64,000 bases of DNA from an uncultured Bacteroidota bacterium (GTDB taxonomy: Bacteria; Bacteroidota; Bacteroidia; Bacteroidales; VadinHA17): positions 80,424 through 144,423 of the forward strand of contig CAWJKD010000004.1 in NCBI GenBank assembly GCA_963843415.1, given 5' to 3'. Of this stretch, positions 10,016 through 20,574 are shown piece after piece (the first letter of the stretch is position 1; every line of letters begins with the position of its first letter). The notes beneath the pieces are model-generated. The model searched no databases. It saw only the letters and a list, made by a program, of their open reading frames with translations, and was not told where the DNA came from. Made by a program: the position numbers and the translations under genes.

Positions 10016-10927
10016 GTGAAAATAAAGAATCTTACACGAAGGCAGTTTGTTACTCTTACGGCTGCCGGAACCGGAAGTTTATTGCTTGGTAATGCAATAA
10101 ATATAAATAATTCTTCCCCGGTTCAGAGTCAGGCTGATCCCTATCGGATTATTTCGCTTGGAAAGACCGGCATCAAGACCACCCTGCTGGGTATGGGAAC
10201 CGGGTATAACGGATACAACCGGTCTTCGAGCATCACAAGGGCAGGGACTGCAGAATCAGTTATCCGGCATGCTTATGATGCAGGAGTTCGTTTTTTTGAC
10301 TGCGCTGATGCTTATGGAACTCACCCTTACACTGCACAGGCTCTGAAAGATATTCCAAGAGAGAATTATACCCTCAATACAAAGATTTTGCTATCCCCCG
10401 GAGCACTTCCTGAACCCGAAAGTCCAGATGCAAATATCGTGGTCGACAGGTTCAGAAAAGAACTTAATACTGATTATCTTGATATCGTCCAGATCCATCT
10501 TATGACAAGTGCTACATGGACCGACGAACACAAGAGGCAGATGGATATCCTTGAAACCTTAAAATCAAAAGGCGTTATACGGGCTCATGGAGTTTCAATT
10601 CATTCATTGCAGGCAATGGAGGCAGCAGCTGAAAGCCCATGGGTTGATGTTGTCCATGTCCGCATAAATCCATTTGGCATTTCAATGGATTCAACAAATC
10701 CTGATGTTGTCACACCTGTAATTGAAAAGCTCCATAAATCAGGAAAAGGTGTTATCGCCATGAAGGTCTTCGGTAATGGTAAATTCAGGGATGATTCAGA
10801 AAAACTGGATCAGTCGCTCAAATATGTTCTCGGACTTGGTACCGTAGATATGATCATAATAGGATTTGAAAAACCTGAACAGGTTGACAATTGCGCAGAA
10901 AGAGTAGCTAAGGCGCTTAAGGCATAA
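10016..10927 (+). CDS. Aldo/keto reductase with a Tat signal peptide
   Basis: GTG start. The N-terminus LTRRQFVTLTAAGTGSLLLG is Tat-like. AKR core FFDCADAYG and a later LDIVQIH segment are present. Confidence 0.75.
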   Translation: MKIKNLTRRQFVTLTAAGTGSLLLGNAININNSSPVQSQADPYRIISLGKTGIKTTLLGMGTGYNGYNRSSSITRAGTAESVIRHAYDAGVRFFDCADAYGTHPYTAQALKDIPRENYTLNTKILLSPGALPEPESPDANIVVDRFRKELNTDYLDIVQIHLMTSATWTDEHKRQMDILETLKSKGVIRAHGVSIHSLQAMEAAAESPWVDVVHVRINPFGISMDSTNPDVVTPVIEKLHKSGKGVIAMKVFGNGKFRDDSEKLDQSLKYVLGLGTVDMIIIGFEKPEQVDNCAERVAKALKA

Positions 10928-11058
10928 AAAATGTTAAGTGCGGTTGCTGACTGGCTGATTGCTGATTAACAGAATATTATATCCCTGTTTAAGTATTGGA
11001 TTTTTCCTGAGCTCTTATTAAAACTGATTTTAATTATAAATTTAATTTCTCTAACTTT

Positions 11059-11967
11059 ATGAAACCTGGAAGATATTTTTTAATGGCTATTACTTTTTTG
11101 TTATTTACCATGTTTTCTGCAAACGGACAGGATACCGGATTGAATACAATTCTCGCAAAGGGAGCTGCACTCGAGAAGGTTGCTGACGGATTTCAATTTA
11201 CTGAAGGTCCCGCTGTTGACGCAAAGGGGAATATTTATTTTACCGACCAGCCAAATGACAGGATAATGATATGGAACATTAAGACCGGCCTTTCAGTTTT
11301 TCTGGAACCTTCCTTCAGATCAAATGGCCTCTTCCTCGATAAAGAAGGATATCTTTGGTCCTGTGCCGATGAAAAGAATCAGGTACTGCGTATCTCTCCT
11401 GATAAGAAAGTGGAAGTAATGGCCGGTTCATACGACGGAAAACCTTTTAATGGACCTAATGATTTGTGGGTAGTCCCTGATGTTGGGATTTATTTCTCTG
11501 ATCCTTTCTATGTCCGTAAATACTGGGATCATACAAAAATGCCTCAGGATAAAGAATGTCTGTATTTTCTTAATCCTGATCTTAAAACTGTTGTCCGAGT
11601 TGTTGAAGATATGAGAGGGCCGAACGGAATTGTCGGCACAAAGGATGGTAAAAAGCTATATGTCGCCGATATTAAGGGGAATAAAACCTGGTCATATACA
11701 ATAAACAGTGATGGCAGCTTAACCGATAAAACTCTTTTTTGTGAGATGGGATCTGATGGCATAACGATAGATAATAAAGGGAATCTGTATCTTACCGGAA
11801 AGGGTGTTACAGTTTTTGATAAAGGAGGAAAGAAGCTTGGAAATATTTCTGTACCTGATGGCAGGACCAGTAACGTCTGTTTTGGTGATAAAAACAGAAA
11901 AAGTCTTTTCATAACAGCTGGCAAAGGGCTTTACAGGATACGGACACGTACAAAAGGGACCTATTAA
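11059..11967 (+). CDS. SMP-30/gluconolactonase/LRE-family beta-propeller protein, secreted
   Basis: Signal peptide present. Motifs FTEGPAVDAKGNIYFTD, GPNDL and GPNGI. Confidence 0.75.
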   Translation: MKPGRYFLMAITFLLFTMFSANGQDTGLNTILAKGAALEKVADGFQFTEGPAVDAKGNIYFTDQPNDRIMIWNIKTGLSVFLEPSFRSNGLFLDKEGYLWSCADEKNQVLRISPDKKVEVMAGSYDGKPFNGPNDLWVVPDVGIYFSDPFYVRKYWDHTKMPQDKECLYFLNPDLKTVVRVVEDMRGPNGIVGTKDGKKLYVADIKGNKTWSYTINSDGSLTDKTLFCEMGSDGITIDNKGNLYLTGKGVTVFDKGGKKLGNISVPDGRTSNVCFGDKNRKSLFITAGKGLYRIRTRTKGTY

Positions 11968-12058
11968 TCTCCTGTTTTTCAACGTTTGTCAAAACCATTG
12001 GTTTTTTCAGTTCATTCTGAAGAATTTTTCTTTAGTATTGTATTCCACTATTTTTTTG

Positions 12059-12283
12059 ATGAAAATGGATTCTCTGGTAAAACCATTTGTTTTGGAAGGA
12101 ACCCGCAGGGCTGATATTTCACCGGGAATTGCTGTTTTGGTTGAACTGATTGAAGATAAACGGACCGGAAAACTTACAGGTGGCAGGGTAAAAGAAATTC
12201 TTACAACATCTCCGAATCATCCCCACGGGATAAAGGTGATGCTTGAAAGCGGCCAGATTGGAAGAATTAAACAGATTATCTGA
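12059..12283 (+). CDS. YwbE-family small protein (DUF2196)
   Basis: Core RTGKLTGGRVKEILTTSPNHPHGIKVMLESGQIGRI. The start is uncertain (12038, 12059 or 12065). Confidence 0.7.
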   Translation: MKMDSLVKPFVLEGTRRADISPGIAVLVELIEDKRTGKLTGGRVKEILTTSPNHPHGIKVMLESGQIGRIKQII

Positions 12284-12335
12284 ACATTTATTATTCCAGA
12301 CATTCTCAGGTGTGTTACTGTTTTAAAATCTCTTA

Positions 12336-12368
12336 TTTGTCAATCATTCAAATTTTTATCTACATTTG
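12336..12368 (+). promoter_or_regulatory. Candidate Bacteroidetes promoter for pfk: -33 TTTG (12336-12339) and -7 TACATTTG (12361-12368)
   Basis: Both elements of the TTTG / TAnnTTTG consensus are present with a 21-nt spacer. They lie 57 nt upstream of the ATG at 12425. Confidence 0.45.
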
Positions 12369-12424
12369 GTTCTTTAGAGAACCTGATGTATCTGTTACTT
12401 TAAACCTATTCAATCCCTCATAAG

Positions 12425-13750
12425 ATGAAATACACAGATTTTGTGGTAAGCTCCTTTGGCAGGGGGAATGTGATTTCACCTCTTAAACAAGGCAAGCATG
12501 CCGACAGCCCTGTCTATAAATTTGTTGATGACAGTGAAAGGATTATCTACGATGTATCGGTTTCGAACTTCAACAAATGCAAAGAGACCAGTGATATTCC
12601 GATATCATTTGAAAAAGCCGGCCCTAAAGAAAATATCTTTTTTGAACCGGCAAAAACAAAGGTTGGAATTGTTACATGCGGAGGATTATGTCCGGGGGTA
12701 AATAATGTTATCAGGAGCCTTGTAAATCAGTTATTTTACAGATATGGTATTAACCGTATCCTTGGCATTAGATACGGTTATGAGGGATTAATTTCAAAAT
12801 ACAATCACCCGGTGATTGAATTGACTGCACCGATGGTGAGTGACATTCACCTTTCAGGAGGTACCTTTCTCGGAACTTCACGCGGAAATCAGGATGTGGC
12901 AGAAATGGTTGATACTCTTGAAATCCTTAATATAAATATTCTCTTTTGTATAGGTGGAGATGGAACCCTGAGAGGAGCTCATGCAATTCAGGAAGAGATT
13001 TTAAAGCGAAAATTAAGAATTGCTGTGGCCGGTATACCGAAAACAATCGATAATGATATTGATCTTATTCAGAAATCATTTGGCTTTGAAACAGCTTTTT
13101 CTATCGCTAATGACATTATCAGAAACGCTCATAATGAAGCTTCCTGCGCATATAATGGTGTGGCTCTTGTTAAGCTGATGGGACGTGATTCGGGATTTAT
13201 TGCTGCAAGCGCTGCTCTTGCTATCCAGGAAGTAAATTTTGTCCTTGTCCCTGAGATAACCTTTGATCTTTATGGTCCACGCGGATTTCTTAAAGTTCTT
13301 CGCCGGAGACTGGAAGAGAGACACCATGCAGTTGTGGTTGTGGCAGAAGGGGCAGGCCAGGATCTTTTTGAACCCGGTGATCAGGAAACAGATGCTTCAG
13401 GCAACATTAAACATAAAGATATCGGAATCTATCTTAAAGAAAAGATAAAGGAAGAATTCTCTTCGAAAGGGTTCCCATATTCAATTAAGTACATTGATCC
13501 CAGTTATATAATCAGAAGTGCGCCGGCCAATGCTAACGACAGTAAATTCTGTAATCTGCTTGCACAGAATGCCGTTCATGCAGCTCTTGCAGGAAAGACC
13601 GATTTTGTTGTCGGTTACTGGAATAATGAGTTTACACTTATGCCTATTCCAATGGTAGTTGCAAAACGTAAAAAAATTGATGTGGAAGGGGAATTGTGGT
13701 GGAACGTCCTTGAAGCCACCGGCCAGCCAATAAGTATGAAGAATCCGTAA
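12425..13750 (+). CDS. pfkA: 6-phosphofructokinase (long form, ATP-type GGDGT motif)
   Basis: Motifs CGGLCPGVNNVIR, IGGDGTLRGA, PKTIDNDI and MGRDSGF. Confidence 0.9.
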   Translation: MKYTDFVVSSFGRGNVISPLKQGKHADSPVYKFVDDSERIIYDVSVSNFNKCKETSDIPISFEKAGPKENIFFEPAKTKVGIVTCGGLCPGVNNVIRSLVNQLFYRYGINRILGIRYGYEGLISKYNHPVIELTAPMVSDIHLSGGTFLGTSRGNQDVAEMVDTLEILNINILFCIGGDGTLRGAHAIQEEILKRKLRIAVAGIPKTIDNDIDLIQKSFGFETAFSIANDIIRNAHNEASCAYNGVALVKLMGRDSGFIAASAALAIQEVNFVLVPEITFDLYGPRGFLKVLRRRLEERHHAVVVVAEGAGQDLFEPGDQETDASGNIKHKDIGIYLKEKIKEEFSSKGFPYSIKYIDPSYIIRSAPANANDSKFCNLLAQNAVHAALAGKTDFVVGYWNNEFTLMPIPMVVAKRKKIDVEGELWWNVLEATGQPISMKNP

Positions 13751-13751
13751 T

Positions 13752-14357
13752 ATGATCAGAAATATCATTTTTGACCTGGGAAATGTTCTTATCAGTTTCA
13801 GGCCGGCTGAATATCTTGAAAAAAATAACTACCCTGAAAAGATCAGAAATACTATCCTGAAAGATATTTTTGGCAGCCGGGAATGGTCGTTACTCGATAA
13901 TGGAAATATCACAACCGGAGAAGCTATAGATTCAATAACAAAGAAATCCGAGCTTAAAAAGGAGGAAATAGCCTTTATTTTCAATAAAAGGACAGAAATA
14001 ATGTTTCCCCTTGAGTACAATGTCAGGATGCTTCCAGGATTAAAGAAACAGGGTTATAAGCTATATTATCTTTCTAACTTCCCGTCAGATATTTTTGAAG
14101 TAATTAAAAACAGTTATTATTTCTTCGGGCATTTTGAAGGAGGAATTATTTCTTCGGATATTAAACATTCAAAACCGGATCCGGAAATTTATCGCATTCT
14201 TCTTTCCAAATATAATATGCAAGTTTCTGAGTGTTTATACATCGACGATATTGAATCCAATATTAGGGCAGCTGAAAATATCGGGATGAAGGTTTTGTTC
14301 ACCGCCGGATCCACAGACATTTCACATAACTTGCAGATCCTTTTAGAAGCAAAATGA
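13752..14357 (+). CDS. HAD-superfamily hydrolase (subfamily IA-like)
   Basis: N-terminal IIFDLGNVL and C-terminal YIDDIESN motifs. Confidence 0.75.
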   Translation: MIRNIIFDLGNVLISFRPAEYLEKNNYPEKIRNTILKDIFGSREWSLLDNGNITTGEAIDSITKKSELKKEEIAFIFNKRTEIMFPLEYNVRMLPGLKKQGYKLYYLSNFPSDIFEVIKNSYYFFGHFEGGIISSDIKHSKPDPEIYRILLSKYNMQVSECLYIDDIESNIRAAENIGMKVLFTAGSTDISHNLQILLEAK

Positions 14358-14528
14358 AAATGCTCATGGATTTATCTGTTTTCCGATTAAAATCCAAGGC
14401 CCAGCTTACATTAAGATTTAAATATTTAATTCTCGCTGAGTTAAAACAACAGATAAATACATTTATTAATCTGATTTACATATGCTTAGATATTTAAAAA
14501 ATATGTTTAATCAGATGTTGCTCCAGAG

Positions 14529-16316
14529 CTATTTATGGAAATAATTTGTCAGAAGTCCGGCTTTGTGTGTTCCAATAAGATTCTTGAGTTCCTCAAATTG
14601 TGCATTCCTTATTTTATCAACATAGCCCAGCTTTTTCAATAAAATTTCTTTCGACCTTGATCCTATTCCCTTTATTTCATCCAGGTCAGATTTTGTCAAC
14701 TCCAATGACCGTTTATCACGGTGAAAATTTATTCCGAAACGGTGAGCTTCATTTCTCAGATTCTGTATTATCTTAAGACTTATTGAATTTTTATCAAGAT
14801 AAAGAGGGACGCTATCTCCCGGGAAATAAATTTCTTCCAGTTTTTTAGCAATTCCAATTATAGTAATTTTATCATGGAGGTCCAGTTTCTTAAGGCTCTT
14901 TAATGCAGAAGAAAGCTGACCTTTTCCCCCATCAATAACTATTAGTTGAGGAAGAGGATTTTTTTCTTCCGTCATTCTTTTATACCTCCTGTAAACGATC
15001 TCTTCCATTGATGAAAAATCATCAGGTCCCGTCACGGTTTTTATATTGTAATGACGATATTCTTTCCTGCTAGGTTTTGCATTTTTGAAAACAACACATG
15101 ACGCAACCGGATTTTTTCCCATAATATTTGAGTTGTCGAAGCACTCAATATGAACAGGTACCTGAGGCATATGAAGATCCGTTTTTAGTTTCTCCAGATT
15201 TTTACCTGTTCTCTCTTTTGGCTTAAAATCCTGTTTCTTTTTCTTCTGTTCCAGTTTGTAATAGATTGCATTCCTTTCAGCCAGCTCCAATAACTTATGT
15301 TTTTCTCCTTTTACGGGAATTGAATATTTTATTTTTTCAAACAGAATATCAGGCATAAAGGGGACTAATATTTCATGTGAATCACTTGAAAGTCTTTGCC
15401 TTATTTCGGTGATAGCATAGCTTAGCAGCGATTCTTTTTCTTCATCCACGCGACTTTTCAGGTCAATTGTAAATGCTTGTATAACAGCGCCTTCCACAAC
15501 CTTAAGGTAGCTAACATATGTATTGTCAGAATCCTGGGCAAGAGCAAATACATCTACATTCCTGATTGTATTGCTGACAACAGCGGAGCGACTCCTGAAG
15601 CGCGAGAGAATCTCAATTTTCTCTTTAACTGTCTGGGCATCTTCAAAGCGCAGTTCAACAGAATATTTTAACATAAGCTTTTTCAGCTGGTCGATAACTG
15701 AAGTAATGTTCCCTTTTAAAATATTCTTAATCTGCAGGATCCCTTCATTGTAGTCCTGCTCTGTCTGCAATTCTACACAGGGCCCTTTGCAATTTCCTAT
15801 ATGGTATTCAAGACACACTTTAAACTTTCCTGCTTTGATGTTATTATATGTAAGATTCAGCTGGCAGGTTCTTAATTTGAACAATTGTCGTACTATGTTA
15901 AGCAGAGTTTTTACCATCAGACCAGAAGTGTATGGTCCGAAATAGAGAGATCCATCTTTTATTGTATTCCTTGTGCTGAACACTCTGGGAAATTGTTCCT
16001 TTTTAATGCAGATCCAGGGGAATGTTTTATCATCTTTAAGTAGTATATTATATCTGGGTTGCAGTTCTTTAATAAGATTATTCTCAAGTAATAGTGCATC
16101 TGATTCGTTATCCACCACCAGGTGTCTGATATCATTTGCTCTTTTGAGCATAACAGTTGTTTTGCCGGACTGATTTTTTGTAAAGTAGGAGGCTACTCTT
16201 TTTTTTATGTTTTTCGCTTTCCCGACATATATTATTTTGCCATAATTATCCAGAAACTGGTAAACACCGGGTTTTTCAGGGAGAAGGGGTACAATATCCT
16301 GAGGATTATTTGGCAT
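14529..16316 (-). CDS. uvrC: Excinuclease ABC subunit C
   Basis: 595 aa. GIY-YIG N-terminus (PGVYQF...IIYVGKAKNIKKRV), UvrBC and endonuclease regions, and a C-terminal HhH (IKGIG). Confidence 0.95.
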   Translation of the reverse strand: MPNNPQDIVPLLPEKPGVYQFLDNYGKIIYVGKAKNIKKRVASYFTKNQSGKTTVMLKRANDIRHLVVDNESDALLLENNLIKELQPRYNILLKDDKTFPWICIKKEQFPRVFSTRNTIKDGSLYFGPYTSGLMVKTLLNIVRQLFKLRTCQLNLTYNNIKAGKFKVCLEYHIGNCKGPCVELQTEQDYNEGILQIKNILKGNITSVIDQLKKLMLKYSVELRFEDAQTVKEKIEILSRFRSRSAVVSNTIRNVDVFALAQDSDNTYVSYLKVVEGAVIQAFTIDLKSRVDEEKESLLSYAITEIRQRLSSDSHEILVPFMPDILFEKIKYSIPVKGEKHKLLELAERNAIYYKLEQKKKKQDFKPKERTGKNLEKLKTDLHMPQVPVHIECFDNSNIMGKNPVASCVVFKNAKPSRKEYRHYNIKTVTGPDDFSSMEEIVYRRYKRMTEEKNPLPQLIVIDGGKGQLSSALKSLKKLDLHDKITIIGIAKKLEEIYFPGDSVPLYLDKNSISLKIIQNLRNEAHRFGINFHRDKRSLELTKSDLDEIKGIGSRSKEILLKKLGYVDKIRNAQFEELKNLIGTHKAGLLTNYFHK

Positions 16317-16453
16317 AAAACTAATTTTACTTTTTAGGGGGTCTGCTTCGCTTCCCCCGTAACGAGGGTAAAGTTAAGCAAGATTATCATTTTTGTGTGT
16401 CTCTTTTTCCTTCTGTCTGCTCAATCCTTGCAAGATAATCGAAGCAATCCTGC

Positions 16454-18073
16454 TCAGTTGATGAACAATGTTACATGACAGAAGCGGTTTCCATCAAATA
16501 ATCCACGGTCGCTGAGTTTTAGTTCCGGTATTACAAGCAGAGCCATAAATGAAAGCGTCATGAAAGGGGCTGACATTCTACATCCTAATGATCTTACTTT
16601 TGCTGATAAACTTTCATATAAAGAGGCAATTGTTTCAAGAGGCTTATCTGACATGATGCCTGCCACAGGCAATTGTAACCGGTTTATTAAGTTGCTTTCC
16701 GCAACAGCCAATCCTCCTTTCATTTCAACTATTGCATTTACTGCATTTACTATATCCTCATCGTTTGTTCCGATACAAATTATATTATGGCTATCGTGAG
16801 CAACCGAACTGGCAAATGCTCCTTGTTTAAGGCCAAATCCTCTTACGAATCCTAGTGCAGGAGGAGCATCATTATATCTGTCTTTGACAATTATTTTCAG
16901 GGTATCGCTATTTATATCCTGAATTACTGGCTTTCCCGGCTGGGTGCTTATTAATATTTCTTTAGTCAGAAGTTCGCCGTCAAATGCTTCAATTACCCGC
17001 ATTTTAGTTTTTGCCCTTTCAATTTTTATGTCCCTCTCTGTTATTTTCGAACAAAAAAACTTGTTTGGTGCATCTGTTCCTTCATAATTGAATAAAACCT
17101 TTCCCCTGTCATATACCTTGATACCATCGATCCATGTTTCGAGAATATCCATGTTGTGATAATCTTTTACGATTATAAAGTCAGCAGGTTTTCCTGGTTG
17201 CAACAATCCTGAATCAAGGTTATAGTGACGAGCGGGATTTAATGTGCAGCTTTTTATCACATCAAAAACATCAAATCCTTCAGATATCAACTGAGCGACA
17301 ATCTTGTTTATATGTCTTCTCATCAGCATTTCAGGATGAAGGTCATCACTACAGAGCATTACCATATCAGGATGAGAATTGATGAGGGGTTTCAGAGTTG
17401 AAAGATTCCTTGCGGCGCTGCCTTCGCGGATCAGGATCTTCATTCCGAGAGATATTTTTTCCAATGCTTCTTCAATTGTACTGCACTCATGGTCCGTTGT
17501 GATTCCGGCCCGGATATATTTTCTCAGATTTTCCCCGGATAATCCCGGAGCATGACCATCAATTGGTTTTCCAAGCTTTTTGGCAAGATTAATTTTGTTA
17601 TATACCTCCGGATCATTTAAAATGACTCCCGGATAATTCATCATTTCAGACAAGTATTTTATGTCCTGCATTTCCAACAATTCTCTCACACTATTATGAT
17701 CCATAACAGCCCCTGAAGATTCGAATGATGTCGCCGGTACACATGACGGAGCACCAAACCAGAATTTTAAAGGCACTTTTTTTGAATCAGCAATCATGAA
17801 TTTAACACCCTCTACGCCAAGTACATTTGCAATTTCATGAGGATCAGAAATTACTCCGGTTGTTCCACGTGAAACAGCTGCTCCTGCAAATGATCCCGGG
17901 GTTGTCATTGAACTTTCAATATGAATGTGAGAATCTATCAAACCAGGAATAATAAAACATTCCACTTTCTCATTTACCCGAACAATCTTCTCAATTATAT
18001 TTCCATTTATAATTAACCTTGCCGGGTATATTTTACGATAATTTACATCTATTAAATTACCCTCCGCTATCAT
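16454..18073 (-). CDS. ade: Adenine deaminase
   Basis: 539 aa. Amidohydrolase HIHIES motif near the N-terminus, with Ade-family length and architecture. Confidence 0.85.
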   Translation of the reverse strand: MIAEGNLIDVNYRKIYPARLIINGNIIEKIVRVNEKVECFIIPGLIDSHIHIESSMTTPGSFAGAAVSRGTTGVISDPHEIANVLGVEGVKFMIADSKKVPLKFWFGAPSCVPATSFESSGAVMDHNSVRELLEMQDIKYLSEMMNYPGVILNDPEVYNKINLAKKLGKPIDGHAPGLSGENLRKYIRAGITTDHECSTIEEALEKISLGMKILIREGSAARNLSTLKPLINSHPDMVMLCSDDLHPEMLMRRHINKIVAQLISEGFDVFDVIKSCTLNPARHYNLDSGLLQPGKPADFIIVKDYHNMDILETWIDGIKVYDRGKVLFNYEGTDAPNKFFCSKITERDIKIERAKTKMRVIEAFDGELLTKEILISTQPGKPVIQDINSDTLKIIVKDRYNDAPPALGFVRGFGLKQGAFASSVAHDSHNIICIGTNDEDIVNAVNAIVEMKGGLAVAESNLINRLQLPVAGIMSDKPLETIASLYESLSAKVRSLGCRMSAPFMTLSFMALLVIPELKLSDRGLFDGNRFCHVTLFIN

Positions 18074-18254
18074 ATCTTTATAAAATATTTAATTGTTTTT
18101 TAAATCCTATAATTTCAACTACCCTCAATTATTTATTAATCATAAATATTACATGGTCAATTTATAATAGTATTCTATTAATTCTTAACCCATTCTATAC
18201 TCCTAAACTGGATTACATTAATAAAAACATATTATAAAAATTAAATATTATATA

Positions 18255-18278
18255 AATTTGTTCCACGTGGAACAAATT
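18255..18278. terminator. Perfect 24-bp palindrome AATTTGTTCCACGTGGAACAAATT overlapping the mnmG stop codon (hairpin terminator or protein-binding site)
   Basis: Read directly from the sequence. The palindrome is centred on CACGTG and is flanked by a ~200-bp very AT-rich spacer. Confidence 0.45.
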
Positions 18279-20151
18279 ACCTCCCAATGTACATTAATAG
18301 AATATTAACATCTGAAGGAGAAACCCCGCTAATTCTTCCTGCCTGCCCAATATTAGCAGGTTTTATCCTGGTAAGTTTTTGCCTTCCTTCTGTTGAAATT
18401 GAAACCAGCTCATTATAATTTAAATCTTCAGGAATTTTTACTGTTTCAAGTCGTTTGATTTTTTCAGCAACCAATTTTTCTCTTTGTATATATCCTTCGT
18501 ATTTTATTTTTATCTCTACTGATTCTGTTATCTCATCTGCTCTTTTGCCTAATGCTTTTAAAAGTTTTTCTCCTCCGCTTACATTTCTTATTAACTTCTT
18601 TACAGATATCTGAGGTCTGGATGCAATTGATATCGCTTTTGCTCTTTGTTTAATAGAGCTTGTTCCTTCCCCTTTAAGAAATGTATTAATCTCTTCAGGT
18701 GTAATGCTTTTCTCACTTAAGAATCTTATCACCTTTTTTATAAGCTTTTCCTTCTTCTCCAGGATCTCTATTCTTTTTTTATCTGCCAGGCCTAATTCAT
18801 ATCCCTTTCTTGTAAGTCTTTCGTCAGCATTATCCTGTCGCAAAAGTATTCTGTATTCAGCTCTTGAAGTAAACATCCTGTAAGGTTCGTCAACTCCTTT
18901 TGTTACCAGATCGTCAATTAGTACCCCAATATATGCTTCGTCTCTTCTTAAAACTAATTGTTCTCTGGCCCGTAATTTCAGAACTGAATTAATTCCTGCC
19001 ATAATTCCCTGTGCCGCAGCTTCCTCATATCCCGTTGTTCCATTAATCTGACCCGCAAAATATAGATTCTCAATTTTCTTTGTTTCCAGTGTAGGCTTCA
19101 ATTGAGTTGGCTGGAAAAAATCATATTCAATTGCATATCCTGGTCTGAATATTTCTACATTTTCCAATCCCCTTATTTTTCTCAATGCCTTTATCTGTGC
19201 ATCCAGCGGCAGGCTGCTTGCAAAACCATTTACATAATACTCTATCGTTTCTGTTCCTTCCGGTTCAATAAACAACTGATGTGCTTTCTTATCTTTGAAT
19301 GTAACTATTTTATCTTCTATGCTTGGACAGTATCTCGGTCCCCTTCCTTTAATTATCCCTTTAAACAGCGGACTGAATTCCAGCCCTTTTCTTAATTCTT
19401 GATGTACCTCTTCGTTAGTATAAGTGATAAAGCAGTTCCTGGTGTCTTCAATGAACAGTTTGCTATTTAAAAAAGAAAATGATCTCCCTTCATTATCTCC
19501 CACCTGTTCTGTCATCATGTTGAAATTTATTGTCCTTCCGTCAATCCTTGCACTTGTTCCTGTCTTCATTCTTTCAACACTAAATCCTAATTCTGCAAGC
19601 TGATCACTTAATCCTGTAGATTCCTGATCTCCTGATCTTCCTCCCTTCATTTTCCTGAATCCCACATGCATAAGTCCATTCAGAAAAGTTCCGTTTGTCA
19701 GTATTACCGCTTCTGAATAGAATTGTGTCCCAAAAGTCGTTTCAACACCAATAACTTTACTATTCTTCAAAATCAATTTCTGGGCTTGTTCCTGCCATAT
19801 GAAAAGATTATCCGTACTTTCAACAGCTTTTCTCCATTCCATAGAAAATTTTTGTCTGTCGCACTGAGCTCTGGGGCTCCACATAGCAGGTCCTTTTGAC
19901 CGGTTAAGCATCCTGTACTGGATCATGGTTCTGTCCGTAATAAGTCCGCTAAGACCTCCCAGAGCATCAATTTCACGTATTATCTGGCCTTTTGCAATAC
20001 CTCCCATTGCCGGATTGCATGACATCTGTGCAAGCTTTGTCATGTCCATTGTTATCAGCAGTGTTTTACACCCCATTTTTGCAGCTGCATGTGCAGCTTC
20101 ACAGCCAGCATGCCCTCCCCCTACAACGATAATTTCATATCTGAATTCCAT
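18277..20151 (-). CDS. mnmG: tRNA uridine-5-carboxymethylaminomethyl modification enzyme MnmG (GidA)
   Basis: 624 aa. FAD motif VVGGGHAGCEAA and conserved GidA blocks throughout. Confidence 0.95.
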   Translation of the reverse strand: MEFRYEIIVVGGGHAGCEAAHAAAKMGCKTLLITMDMTKLAQMSCNPAMGGIAKGQIIREIDALGGLSGLITDRTMIQYRMLNRSKGPAMWSPRAQCDRQKFSMEWRKAVESTDNLFIWQEQAQKLILKNSKVIGVETTFGTQFYSEAVILTNGTFLNGLMHVGFRKMKGGRSGDQESTGLSDQLAELGFSVERMKTGTSARIDGRTINFNMMTEQVGDNEGRSFSFLNSKLFIEDTRNCFITYTNEEVHQELRKGLEFSPLFKGIIKGRGPRYCPSIEDKIVTFKDKKAHQLFIEPEGTETIEYYVNGFASSLPLDAQIKALRKIRGLENVEIFRPGYAIEYDFFQPTQLKPTLETKKIENLYFAGQINGTTGYEEAAAQGIMAGINSVLKLRAREQLVLRRDEAYIGVLIDDLVTKGVDEPYRMFTSRAEYRILLRQDNADERLTRKGYELGLADKKRIEILEKKEKLIKKVIRFLSEKSITPEEINTFLKGEGTSSIKQRAKAISIASRPQISVKKLIRNVSGGEKLLKALGKRADEITESVEIKIKYEGYIQREKLVAEKIKRLETVKIPEDLNYNELVSISTEGRQKLTRIKPANIGQAGRISGVSPSDVNILLMYIGR

Positions 20152-20574
20152 TTACAATTTCTTATAAGCATTAATCCATCTTTCTTCCTTGCCCGCCATC
20201 TCCATCCTTTGCTTCTGAGTATTGTCTTCAAAACCGCATAAATGAAGAACTCCGTGTACCATTACCCTAAATATTTCTTCCTTTAAACTAACTTTATAGT
20301 TGATTGTATTTATTTTTACTCTCTCAATACTGATATATATTTCACCATTAACTATTCTACCCTCAGAATTATCAAATGCTATAACATCAGTATAATAATT
20401 ATGTTTCAGAAACTCTTTATTGATTTCTTTCACACCTCTATCTGTAGTAATAATAAAACTAAGGTCACCGGGAACCTTATTTTCGTTCCTGATGACCTTT
20501 TCTATTAGATCTAAAACAGATTTGCTTCTTTGTATCCTGAATTTTACCTGATCATAAAATATCTTAATTTTCAA
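20152..20574 (-). CDS. ybeY: rRNA maturation endoribonuclease YbeY
   Basis: Zinc motif HGVLHLCGFED. It abuts the mnmG start codon. Confidence 0.9.
   Translation of the reverse strand: MKIKIFYDQVKFRIQRSKSVLDLIEKVIRNENKVPGDLSFIITTDRGVKEINKEFLKHNYYTDVIAFDNSEGRIVNGEIYISIERVKINTINYKVSLKEEIFRVMVHGVLHLCGFEDNTQKQRMEMAGKEERWINAYKKL

Noticed and set aside
16337-16362. GGGGG-(12 nt)-CCCCC hairpin between ade and uvrC considered as a terminator
   Set aside because: It has only a 5-bp stem with a 12-nt loop and no U-tract on the transcribed (minus) strand. That is too weak to call.
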